This document shows, piece by piece, positions 63,725 through 64,000 of a stretch of 64,000 nucleotides of DNA (position 1 is its first letter; the number at the start of each line of letters is the position of its first letter). A program made the translations under genes and the position numbers. Source of the stretch: Octopus sinensis (Eukaryota). The notes under the pieces were generated by a model. It did no database searches and was not told the DNA's origin. It saw nothing but the letters and a program-made list of their open reading frames with translations. Location: the NCBI RefSeq assembly GCF_006345805.1, contig NC_043021.1:9176001-9240000 (forward strand). The letters are read 5' to 3'.

Positions 63725-63850
63725 GACTATATGATACTGGATGAAGGTCATAAAATTAAGAATCCCACCAAGACACAGAAAGCAGCCCACCATATTCCGT
63801 CTCGTAATAGAATTATTATGACTGGAACCCCTATCCAGAACAACCTGGTT
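63725..63850 (+). CDS. ERCC6L: ERCC6L/PICH-like coding exon 5 (Walker B DEGH, motif III TGTPIQNNL); gene continues beyond window
   Basis: tgtgacAG acceptor ending 63724, GTAAGT donor at 63851; DYMILDEGHKIKNPTKTQKAAHHIPSRNRIIMTGTPIQNNLV, phase 0 at both ends. Confidence 0.93.
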
Positions 63851-64000
63851 GTAAGTTTTCATTCTTTTTGGGTTTTCTGAGGCATGGGCAGACAAATGTG
63901 TTGAGCCTGTTTAACAAGTGCGAGTGCTGTGTGGAAGAGAAAAGACTTGAATTATTAATTTCACAGACTATCGAAATCGATCAACATCAATGGAAATTGT

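Overview
This is AT-rich, repeat-dense eukaryotic genomic DNA, most likely from an octopus (inferred from the SINE families and microsatellite content). Nearly all ORFs in the supplied track are artefacts of repeats. One host gene can be called with confidence: the 5' half of a multi-exon ERCC6L/PICH-like SNF2 DNA translocase on the + strand. Five coding exons (58691-63850) join in frame at GT-AG sites, there is a probable non-coding first exon/promoter near 55.3-55.5 kb carrying a CDE-CHR-like element, and the gene continues past the window. On the - strand, an isolated 111-nt exon at 5599-5709 resembles the start of a BRCT domain, and a possible upstream first exon ends at 36886. The rest is a layered transposon landscape: three main short interspersed families (my labels A, B, C) plus two minor tRNA-headed SINEs, RTE, CR1, CRE-like and Penelope fragments, a Gypsy remnant, mariner, Tc1, DD41D and pogo fossils, two non-autonomous Helitrons, TTAA and 8-bp-TSD MITEs, minisatellites and a ~1.57-kb tandem duplication. 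I found no clear evidence of a new multi-gene system. The best leads are apparent GGTA-type target-site preference and self-multimerisation of SINE C, sequence links between the short repeats and partner LINEs, hammerhead-like motifs, and a long low-complexity insertion plus cell-cycle promoter motif in PICH. Repeat boundaries are approximate unless TSDs or termini are quoted.
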